DNA of 64,000 nt, taken from the NCBI GenBank assembly GCA_039096935.1, contig JBBPEE010000035.1:372001-436000 (forward strand), read 5' to 3'. A model generated the notes under the pieces. It did not search any database and was not told the origin of the DNA. It was given only the letters and a program-made list of their open reading frames with translations. This document shows, piece by piece, positions 13,910 through 28,578 of the stretch (position 1 is its first letter; the number at the start of each line of letters is the position of its first letter). This stretch comes from Blastocystis sp. ATCC 50177/Nand II (taxonomy: Eukaryota). The translations under genes were made by a program, and so were the position numbers.

Positions 13910-15962
13910 TCACATATAACGAAGAATTGCAATCAGAAGGAGAAAATGAATGACAACGAGATAGAGGGACACAACAGACCGGAACTTGGGCGACTGAATC
14001 ATCTCCTGGGCAACGCGGAAGGCGACCTTCTCCAAGGGGTTGGAGGACGACTCGGACGAATGATACTTGTTGAAGGAGTTCCGGATGGAATAGTCGCTCT
14101 AGGCATTACTTTAATTTACTAGTAAACACAGAAAAGGGCCTCTTCTCGTTCAATCTACACGTCACATCGACATCGCACATCCCACTCTCTCTTCAAGCTA
14201 TTCACCACCGAATATAGCGAATCCAATGACGCTCGGTCCTTCTCCTTCTCGCTCTATCCTTCATCCTTCCATTTCACACTCACCTCCAATTCATCCACGC
14301 GTCTCTTGTACCGGTCCCTCTGGTCCTTCAGAATCCTCTCCACATTCCCGCCTTCACCTCCCACATCGCCGATCACGCGCTGCTCCAACTCCGCGATCTG
14401 ACCCTCCATTTTCTCCATCGCATCGCGCGCGTCGCCCAACTGCTCCTCCACCTCGTGTCGCTTGTTCTCACTCGCCATGTACTTGTTGTAGATGTCGTTG
14501 AACGTCGAGCGCAGCTCGCTGTTGCCCGTCTCCAAGTGGCGGATCTTCTCCAGCAAAATCGCCTCCGTTTTGGGAATCGGCAACTCCGTCGTCTCGTTGA
14601 AGTCCACCGCAATGCCCACTTGTTGCAGCGTGACCAGAATCCGCTTGATTTTCGCCATCTCTTTGACTGACACGCGTGTTCTCAGCTCCTGGTTCAAATC
14701 CTTCACCTGCGCTTGGAGCTGCGTCGCCTTCTTCGAGGCCTCCTCCTTCGCCTCCTTGACCTCCTTCGCCAACGTGTCATTCTTCGCCTTCAGCTCCTCA
14801 TTCCTCTCCTTCAGCTCGTTCACCGCCTCTTCATCCACCTTCACGCTCACTGCAGGCACTTCTTGCGTTTTGGCCTCCCGTTCTACTCATCACATTCCCA
14901 TTCCTCCTCCACTCATCCGCTCAATCTCATTGGACTGCTCCTCGATCTCCTCGTTCAGCATCGCGATCTGACTCTCGTAGCCTTCGATCCGACGCTCCAC
15001 ACTCTCATCCCTCTCCTTCTGCGCGACGACATACAGCCGATGCGACTCCTTCTCCTTTTCAAGGTCCATTCTCGTCTTCTCCAACTCCATGCGAAGAGCC
15101 TCCGTTCCTTCGGGGGCTTCCTCCTGACTTGCCACATTCATCACCGAATAGTACTGATTGATCTCCTTCGTCTAGAATCAAAAAGGCGCAACACACCCAC
15201 CAGCGTCGCGATCTGCAGCTGCATGCGCACGTTCTCCTCGTGCGTCTCCGCCTCCTTCGCCAGCAGGTCCTTCTGCTCCCGGAGTGTTGCGTCCTTTCTA
15301 GGAATCAACGGTGATTCAAAGAACGACTCCTCCACCTGCTTCTGCAGCGATGCGATGGATTCCTTCTAGCGGTCAGCAGAATAAAGCAAATCGTACGTAA
15401 CGAGCAACGTCCTTTTGAAGGGAGAGGAGGTCATTCTCCGAGGCGGAAATCTGTTCCTTCTGAGTTTGCAGCTCCTCGATATCGTGGCGCAATCTACTAT
15501 TCATTCCATGATAGCAACAAAAACTCGCTATTCTCCGTGTCCACTCTCTCCGACTCCTTGATCAGCTCCGCATACTGCTGATACACGTCCCTTGACTGCT
15601 TGAGAATGGTGGAAGGCTCCAACAGGGTGCTCAACTCCGTTAGGTACGAAGAGAACAGGTTTTCGGCAAATCTAGGGGGAATCGCTGACTAAACTCAAAT
15701 ACTGGGAGCGCACGGTGAGGTGATCGATTTCTTCCTGGTAACTCTTCAGGAGATTCTTCATATACGTCATTCGCTCGTTTGCTGCCACCGTTCGGATATC
15801 CTTCGTCTTGGTCGCCAGGTCCTTTCTCGCCTTCTGACTCGACTCTTGCGATTTGACAATGGTCTGCATACTCGCCTTCATCGATTCGATCTTCGTCTGG
15901 AGTTTGAATTCATCCCAAAACTGGATAGTCGTATTCAAAGTCCGCAAATAGGGGTTCTCCAT
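13910..15962 (-). CDS. CASP: CASP/Coy1 golgin (CUX1-CASP family)
   Basis: FWDEFKL...SQKARKDLA...LLKSYQEEIDHLTVRS N-terminus, long coiled coil, C-terminal TM YLVVIHFLL with the family Y/H residues. Confidence 0.8.
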
Positions 15963-16039
15963 CGCAAAACTGTTGACAGACAAAACGCGCAAAATCGGGG
16001 GGATTTTGCATTTCCCTGCGAATCAGTCTTTCCTTCAGG

Positions 16040-18372
<2,333 letters not shown>

Positions 18373-18534
18373 TGTGTGTTTGTTGAATGAAAAGCGCGGC
18401 ATTCTTCGCGACGGCGTTTTGGCTGCGTGTGGTTCTCACTTTAAATCAAACTCTCGCTTTTCCTCACGTCGGTTTGGTTCCTGGCACTCACGTCGTAGAG
18501 TTCGTGCATTCCTGAGAAGAAATACGGGAAGAGT

Positions 18535-21500
18535 ATGCCGCCAAAATCGAAGAGAGCGAAGCAGTCCGCGAAGCTGTACGACCAGCTGTCGTCGCTCAAG
18601 GGCGCTCAGTTGACAAAGAAATTGGAGGAAGTGTACCAAGCGCTGCGGAAAACCATGTCGGAGGAGTCCTTCCCCGGATTTTCATCGCTGGTCGAGCAGC
18701 TTGCCTCCGACGCCCTGCTGAAATCGGGAAACAAGAACGCGACGCAGCTCCTTTGCTACTGCTTGGTGGAGGTGTTCCGGATCAACGAGGGAGTCTGTTT
18801 TCCCGACTCCAGCTGTGCTGCCGCGCTGAGTCTCATCATCCATAATCTTCGAGCCCTGGAATTGCCTTCGAAAACTGATGTGTACACGCGTTCCTTCGAG
18901 ATGTTCGAAAAGCTCTATCAGACGTCGTTGCTGAAGGTCATGGTGTCGCTGGGGAGCGAGGGAGAAGAGCTGGCGATCGAACTTGGCCGCGTGATCTTTT
19001 CGGTGCTGGAGTCCTTTTCCACCTCCTCGTCCCCGAAGAAGAAGGGAAAGCGAAAATCGCCGCCCAAGAAAGCGCAGCCGGCTAATCAGGATTCCTCCTC
19101 CCTGCTGAACGAGGAGGAGATGCAGGCGGAGAAGGAGAAGATCAAGCGCGTGAGCATTGAGATCCTCATCTCCATCATCGACCTGTACAAGCACATTCCC
19201 GAATCATTGATTGACATGGTGTTGATGCACTTCGTCGAGGACGAGGAGGAGCAGGCGTCTCTCTGCCAGGAGGTCGTTCAGGACCTGCTCATCGCCAAGA
19301 AGGCGAAATTGACATCGGCCGTCCAGAAGTTCTGCACGAGCATCCTGTGCGCAGAGACATCCGAAGGCAGCGAGTACGAGTCCAGCGAGCACGTACCCCT
19401 TCTCTTCTCCATCAATCGCAGATCTACCCGATCTTGGTTCGACTGAGCGCCGTCTCCTCCGACTACATCGTCGTCCTCCTCCCGCTGATCACGCGGCAGC
19501 TCCACATCGAGAATGACAGCAGTCGATTGGAGGTGGTGAATTGCCTGAGTCAGATCTTCAGCAACGCCGACAGCGACCTTATCACTCAGTTTTTTTATTT
19601 GATTCTCCCTGATTTGGTAGAAACTCCGTTCCTTTCGGCGAATACCTCAATCGCTTCCAAGATCGCTCCACGGAAATCCGAATCGCCATGGCCTATGTAT
19701 TTTCGCTTTGTGTGCCTTATTCTCGCTAGGCGGCGCGAGATATCAGCTTAGCGCAGGAATCGACATTGCCGACCATTCTGCCGTTCCTTCAAGATCACAT
19801 CAAGGACACGCAGTGGGAGGTGCGGCGCGCTGTCGTGGACTCGCTGTGCAACATTATCAACTCCTACTTCGACAAAGTGCCCGACGATTGCATTCGTCTG
19901 TTGGGCGAGCGTGCTCTGGACCGGCGGTCCGCCGTGCGCAAATACGCCATCACCGGACTCACCAATGTTGTTTTGGTAGCATTTCGTTCATGTCCAGATC
20001 ATCGCGATTCATCTCTCCGATGCGTGGAACGCGCACCAGCGTCCCTCCGCCGCCCTCTCCTCCAAGCTGGGCTTCGTCGCGCCCATTCTCCTTCGCTGCT
20101 ACGGCGTTTCGGAGGACGACACACGAAATCGATGCTCGCGATTGCTGAACGAGATTCTTGTTTCCAACTGCGCCGACGAAGAAGGTGAGTGCCGGTCGCA
20201 GAAATATGATCATAGCCGTCGCCGCGGCGTATGTTTGGTTTTTCGAGCAATTGCAGATTTCGCACCCGGTTTTGGAATTCCAGGAATCGGGGGAGGACTC
20301 GATCAAGACGTCCATGCTGCTGTTCCGAACGGTTCTCTCGGACTGGAAGAAGTGCGTTTTTGACTCCGATGTCATCATCAGATTGCAATCGTCCCTCCTC
20401 CTCCTCCTTCGCTGCATGCGCTCCGAACTCCCCATCGACGTATCCATGCAACCCAAACCTCATCGGTAGCACGAGGAAACCAGCAAAACGCTCCTCGCCC
20501 TTTCCCGCCAACTGTCCATCAACATTACCGCCAAGGGCACAACCGCGGGAATCTACTCCTCCACCAACAACTGTCTGTACGCCTTGTACGCCGCCGCCTT
20601 GGAGGGAAGTCGAGACACAATTCTGGAATCCCTCGGGATTTTGGCATCCCCGCTGAGCGACTTGTCATCCTTGTCTTCGGCGAAGAATGACATCCTCACT
20701 CTCCTCAAATCGCTTCCAGAGGGCGACAAACTGCACGTGCAGTTCAAATCCCTTTTCCCGCGGTTCTACTGCACGTTCAGTAATCCCACCACGCTCCACA
20801 CCTTCTTGCAGTTCGTCGCCCAATCCAGCCATTTCCGGGAATCTTCCCTGAAACTCCTCCAGGTGGTGGGAGAAGAACGAAGCGACGCTTTCATGTGTTC
20901 CTCCATTCAAATCGCGCTTTTCGCCATTCTAAAGCTCTCTCTGGCGGCGTTGGCGGCAAACGAGGAGGACCCGCTCGAAAAACTGCCGGGTCGGAAGAAG
21001 AAGGACAAAACGGGTGCGCACCGAATCCGCACGCAGTTCTTGCGGTTGATGGCGACGGTTTCGCAGAGTTACGAGAAGTTCCCTCTGTGCCTCGTGGACA
21101 ACACAGAAGCTCAGGAATGGAAGGAAGAATACTCGACGGAGCTGCTGCCACTAATCGACCTGTTTTTGGACAATCTGCGGCAGTTCGAGATGGCGGAAAT
21201 CAAGCCGATTACGAGCATCGTCAGCAACTTCTGCCGCTTCGTGAAATCGAACGACCCGGCGGTGGACGGTCGCATTCGCATCATCTACAACGAGTGGGTG
21301 AACGAGTGCCTGCCCGCGCTATCGCTGGAGAAGCCCGCGGCGGAGGTGGCGGTGGATTTGCGTGTGGTGAGCCGTCTGCTGAAGAACGAGAAGGGCAACG
21401 CGTCGCACATGGGGATTCGCAACCTGGTGGAGATGCTGGTGAAGAGAATGGCGGCGGGCGAGGAGGACGCGATGATGGTGCTGGGCGTGTCGGTGGTGTG

Positions 21501-22663
21501 TAGTTACCTGTTGGCGTATGACGTGTTTGTTGGGGCGGGGCGTGAGGTGTAGAGGGACACCGACACCTCGCTGGCTATGCTGACAGCGCTGTTTCAATAT
21601 GCGACCGGTCCGCTGACCGAGCGCAATCTGAAGGTGAGGGAGAAGGCGTGCGTGAGTCTGCTGAAGCTGGCAGCCACGCGGGCCTACGCTCCCTTCTTCA
21701 CGCCGGAGCGCTTCTTCGCGCTGGGCTGCTGGCTGGAGGGAGTGAAGGACGCGGAGGCGATTCGGCACTTCGTTGCGAAGGTGTCGCAATTTATCCAGCA
21801 ACGACAACTGCCCTTCAAGTACTGTTGTTTCTTTGTCGTGTTTGTTCCGCCGCGTCATGTCTAGTTGCTCTTTTGGTTCTCCAACAACGCCGCCATTCAG
21901 TCCGCCATCAAGTCAGAGTTCTCCGCAGTGATCAAGGTCCTCTTGGTAATCAAGCATCACGGGTAGTACCAACGACAGTTCCTCGTCCTCTTCCAACTCG
22001 CCAATCCGCGGTCCTCCACGCCTCTCTATCAACTCACCCCCGAGTACGTCTTCGTGTTCGGGTTTCTCGCCTCCCTCACTTGCAGCTATCTTCTTCCTCT
22101 CTTCTCCCGCCTCCAAGTCTACAAAGACATGACCTCCACGCCCTCCAAGATCCAAATTCGGTCCGAATTCGGGAGTTTCGTGACCCCTAGCTGTCTCCAC
22201 ATCATCCTCAACTGCCTCGTCGCTGACAACTCCGACAGCTTCGGTCTGTTAAGCGCTATCTTCGTCGCCATGGGTCAGAGCGACGATCGTCTACTCCCTC
22301 GCAACGCTACGCTGCTCAAACTCATCACGCTGTCCGCACAGCTCCTGCACAAGCGCCTGCAGACGCAGAAGACGGTGGACGTGTCCTACACGGAGGTGGT
22401 GCGGTTGCCCTCGCAGTACTACACGCGCAGGCATGGAACGCCGCCCTCCACGCCCACCAAGCGGCTCACGCCCACTCCCGACATTACGCCGGAGAAGCCG
22501 AGTAGCAAGAGGAAGTCACCCACCGCAGATGTCACGCCAGAGAAGCCGAGCAGCAAGCGGCTATCGCTGTCGACGCGAGGAAGGAGCGTGGAAGGAGACA
22601 CGCCAGTGGCACTGCGAAACATGTCCCCCATCACCGACAAGGAGAAACGTGATCTTGTAGAAT
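18535..22663 (+). CDS. PDS5: Sister chromatid cohesion protein PDS5-like (HEAT repeats)
   Basis: LVEVFRI, RLEVVNCLSQIF, EYLNRFQDRSTEIR, ERALDRRSAVRKYA, VVRLPSQYY; S/T-P-rich basic tail; stop probably T(22663)+poly(A). Confidence 0.75.
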
Positions 22664-22710
22664 CGCCTGTTTGTTCCACTCATCACCCCATGTGCAACAA
22701 ACACCCAAAA

Positions 22711-24608
<1,898 letters not shown>

Positions 24609-25063
24609 TGCGTTCTGGTACGAATTGTTTGTTGCCAGCGTGCGAAAAAGAGTGGGCAAACCAATACCCACAATTTGGGAAAGAAGGGCTGATATGTGGG
24701 AGGGATTGTGGGTGAAATGGGGACAGAATGCTTTAATTTATCATGGAGTTGTGTTTGAAAGAAAGAAATCAGTCAACGTACTTGTACATGGCACCAATGT
24801 CTATTGGTGAAAGAAGGGGTGAAAAGAAGCGACTAATTGTTGTTTTAGGGGTGAAGGAGTGATACAAGACTGGTAGTACTACATTTGTCACATTTGGAAT
24901 ATCTACTTATAACAAGGCTAGAAAATGGTCACTTTCAAGAGTGATGAAATGTGGATTGCTGAATGAGCAGCTATTCTTTGCTTCATTTGTTAATGTGGTG
25001 AGTTTAGGCAAGTCTAATCATTGCTTTCGTTGATAGCACTCACTTTGGATGATCAATTCAGCT

Positions 25064-25071
25064 GTCTTATC
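25064..25071 (+). repeat. Left target-site duplication GTCTTATC
   Basis: Identical to 28571-28578. Confidence 0.85.
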
Positions 25072-25093
25072 CAGAGTTGTCGATTTCTGGCAA
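25072..25093 (+). repeat. Left TIR CAGAGTTGTCGATTTCTGGCAA
   Basis: Reverse complement of 28549-28570 (TTGCCAGAAATTGACAACTCTG), 21/22 identical. Confidence 0.9.
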
Positions 25094-25448
25094 GCCTGAC
25101 ATGAAACTCCCTTGACATGAAGGTGTCAAATTCTGTCAATGGCAATATGTCAAGGATATTTGACAGATTGACATATGGCCCTATTATGGGTTATGTGCTT
25201 TGTTATAACACCCTAAAGTGAAGCTAAGTTCGATCTTCAACAGTACTCTATTGGGTTGACAGATGCAGAAGAGAATAGTCTTTTGATCAAATACTTGGAC
25301 ACCCCAACTGTCAAAATTCGTACAAAATTTGGATAGTCATTTTGCCGTGTTTGTGATTCATGAGCCAGTTTGTATGTTTTGTGTGATAGAATGATTATTT
25401 GTTGAACAAACACTCATCCTGCTGCAGGAAAACGATGATGAACAATTG

Positions 25449-26603
25449 ATGGCCTTCAGCGCTATATACACCACTATGTATAAGTGGGACCATCGCAGGA
25501 GCTGCTGGCGCTACAAGGATAAAGTACCTGACCTGGCAGACAAGTTCCCGAAGGACGTGAATCCGTACCAGTTTGCGGATGTTTTCAAGATCACCTACGA
25601 ATGCTTCGTCGTTCTTGTGGACTGGTTGGTCGAGAAGTGCAATGAGGACCAATCTTGGGATACGCCGTGGAGCAGGTGGCTACACTCTCGTAGATCAACC
25701 AGCATGAGTCCGGAAACAGCAGTGGCGTGCGTCGTTCTTCACCTGTTCACAACAGGGACTTGCGATCGCAATGCTTTCATGCTGGGAGTTCCAGCGTCAA
25801 CGTACTTGCTCATCGCAGATATCTTGACCCTGGAACTGGCGATGAGAGTCTCTGAAGTGATTCGTTTTCCCCCAAAGAAGGACCAAATCTGCATGCGCTC
25901 CAACGAGCTAAAGCAGCCTATGCCGGGAGCCCTGTTTGCGATGGACGGAACCCTCTGTCGGCTTCCACATAGGGGGAAGTACAACGAGTTCGTCAGTCGC
26001 AAGAGCCAGCCCCAGATCAACGTGTTGGTTGTGTGTGACTGGAACAAGAACCTCGTGTACGTCGAGCCTGGGTTTACCGGAAGAACCCAGGACAACGACA
26101 TGTTCAACAACTCGGTTCTTCACGAGGAGATGAAACTGCCGGACTTCCCTCTGAAGGAAGGGGGATACATCCTAGTGGACGAAGGATTTGCCTGCAACGG
26201 CCGAATCATCCGTCCCTACTCGAAGAAGCGAGATGAACTAGACATCCAGTTCTTCAACAAGGTTTTCAAGTCGACACGACTGATTGTGGAGAACGCGATC
26301 GGGGCATGGAAGGAGAAATGCCCGCTGCTGAACATTGGAATGCATGATCAAGATCCAGAGGACCTAACCGTGACGATTCTCGCTTCAGCAGTCCTGTACC
26401 AGTTCTGCAAGACCACAAATGAAGTGCTGGAGAATGTTGACAACTCTGCTTACGAGAAAAAGGCGAAGTTCATCCCACCTGAATTCATTGGACTCAAGGG
26501 TGACGATCTACGTTCGACGATCAAGCTGTACTTGATTGAGCATTACCCAGAGCAGTATCAGAAGTTTGTCAATGAAACTCCAGAAGAGAGAGACCGTTAT
26601 TGA
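25449..26603 (+). CDS. HARBI1-like DDE transposase (DDE_Tnp_4)
   Basis: Uninterrupted ORF with AMDGT, INVLVVCD, GRTQDNDMF, LVDEGF, FNKVFKSTRLIVENAIGAWK; putative catalytic D, D, E present. Confidence 0.9.
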   Translation: MAFSAIYTTMYKWDHRRSCWRYKDKVPDLADKFPKDVNPYQFADVFKITYECFVVLVDWLVEKCNEDQSWDTPWSRWLHSRRSTSMSPETAVACVVLHLFTTGTCDRNAFMLGVPASTYLLIADILTLELAMRVSEVIRFPPKKDQICMRSNELKQPMPGALFAMDGTLCRLPHRGKYNEFVSRKSQPQINVLVVCDWNKNLVYVEPGFTGRTQDNDMFNNSVLHEEMKLPDFPLKEGGYILVDEGFACNGRIIRPYSKKRDELDIQFFNKVFKSTRLIVENAIGAWKEKCPLLNIGMHDQDPEDLTVTILASAVLYQFCKTTNEVLENVDNSAYEKKAKFIPPEFIGLKGDDLRSTIKLYLIEHYPEQYQKFVNETPEERDRY

Positions 26604-26633
26604 AGCAAACATGTTTGTTGAAAACAGGCTAAT

Positions 26634-27991
26634 TCACACAGGAACAATCTGTTCATTGTTATCACTTGGTTCACTCGCAGAGGCAGTACTCGGAGCAGTA
26701 TCCCTCTCACCCAGTTCCTTCTTCTTCAAGTTAAGCTCTTCAATCTCCCTCTCTTCTCTTCTCTTCAGATACTCTCTCTTCTCCTTAAAATACAACGCCT
26801 CCTCATGGCATAGAGCCTCCTTCTCTTTCATGTACTTCTTTCTTTCATCGTCCATGGTAATGCTGCGTTTTGCGCAATTCTCTTGCAAGTCCAGCATTCT
26901 GTTGAAGTACGATTTGTCTGTATTGCGCTTCCTCTTACGTGTCGTAGTTGCTGACTGATACTGCGCATCACTACCACGTGGCTCGGGAAGAGTATCATCC
27001 TGCTCATGAGCATCAGCAGGAACGCGTGTTGAATCCGTTGGATCGGGAGAATCCGATGGATCGGAGGGATCCGGTGCAGCAGATGGAGATGCCAGAAATG
27101 AAGGGAGTGTATCTTGGGTCGGAGCAGGGGCGGCAGGAACAGCAAGAGAAGAAACGCCAAGGATGGGTGAAGGAGAGGGAGGGACATCAGAGCGTGACTC
27201 CTCACTTGGCTGCACAGCCAGCAGCGGAGCATCGGACGGTGTAGTATTCGAGTTTGCTTGGGGAGCTAGACGAGAAGGCTGACTGTTACTGCACCCTGAA
27301 TTGCTTACGAGGAATCCATTCTCCCGCAAATGGTCACATCGCTGTTGGAGGTTAGCGGCAAGGATCGGATTCGTGTTGCGGAACATATTTGGTTGGTTTA
27401 TATCATGATGAACGAATTGGGTTAGAGTCATAGCACCTACAATCAAGAGATGAATCAAAACAAACGCGCATTAACCCTCAGCCAGGCAACAACATTAGTA
27501 TTCACTTGCTACAGTTCACTATCAATAGAAACACCCACCACTCCTTTACGGTGAGTGCTGTTGATCAGTTCATGCAATGCGGCATAATACTCCCTTTGAC
27601 GGGGATCTGGGGGATCCTTACGATCAGCAATGTACTTCACAGCACGCTACAATATAGAAAAGTATCAAGAACTACAGCAGCAAAGTCAACAACCTTTAAT
27701 GTATGCGTGAAGAGAGCATTCAGAGTTCTTGTATCACTGGCAACGAGTTCGTAATCATTCAAAAAGGCTTGCCACTTCCCCTAATCATTATACCCACTCC
27801 CTTGCAAAATCAACCATGTTTGTTTGAAGCTGCTCATCTCTATTCTTATAGCGATTATCACCAAAGCCTAACTCCTTCCATCTTGTTTGAAGAAGATAAA
27901 CTATGGCATCTTCGAGATCCTTATTCCAGTTCTTTCCACGAGGTTGCCGTCCAGATTCAGTGTTATCAGAAGACTGGCGTGTGTTCACCAT
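26634..27991 (-). CDS. Myb/SANT-like DNA-binding partner protein of the transposon (spliced)
   Basis: N-terminal KNWNKDLEDAIVYLLQTRWKEL, short introns, P/S-rich linker, NLS RKRKR, C-terminal coiled coil; matches the Harbinger ORF2 layout. Confidence 0.65.
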
Positions 27992-28548
27992 AGAGGGAAT
28001 CACAAATCTCCCTAAGATGAAACAAAGAAGTGACCGGAAAGGTTTTCACTTTTTGAATCACAAACGAGCATAAAATAGTGACAACTTTTGGAATTCTGTT
28101 TGTGCAAAAAAGGCCTCTTAAGGACGGACACCAGAATTTTGTACAAAATTGGACAGCTAGGGTGGTCAACTCATAGAATTGATTCGATTTATACCAGGAA
28201 CTCCTGATAAGCAGCACAATATGGGATTTGGAGGAGAATCCAGATTGTGCAGACTAAGGGAGAGTGAAGCAGGGTAGAGAAGCCCGACTCTTGGGTATTG
28301 TATTGTTACATTGAATATCAAAGGATCGTTGTCTGCCCATGTATGATGACACTTTGACATAGAGTTATTACTCTATTTAGGGCCTGGGAGATAATAGCAA
28401 CACTACGTGAAGGAAATAAAGACCAGTGGATTATTGTTGTTTGTTAACAACCAACAAAACAAGGCCAGTTCTGGCACTGATAGTGGCAAGTGTCAAAATC
28501 TGTCTGTCATGCTAGTTGACATCTGTCATGTCTGTCAAGAGGCTGGAG

Positions 28549-28570
28549 TTGCCAGAAATTGACAACTCTG
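28549..28570 (-). repeat. Right TIR
   Basis: Inverted copy of 25072-25093. Confidence 0.9.
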
Positions 28571-28578
28571 GTCTTATC
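28571..28578 (+). repeat. Right target-site duplication GTCTTATC
   Basis: Identical to 25064-25071. Confidence 0.85.

Larger units (their letters stand above)
25072..28570. mobile_element. PIF/Harbinger-type (HARBI1 + Myb-like) DNA transposon, apparently intact
   Basis: 22-bp TIRs with 1 mismatch, direct repeat GTCTTATC on both flanks, TGACA/TGTCA subterminal clusters, two convergent genes. Confidence 0.9.

Noticed and set aside
25449..26603. Domesticated HARBI1 host gene
   Set aside because: Intact TIRs, TSD and insertion inside an exon argue for a mobile element
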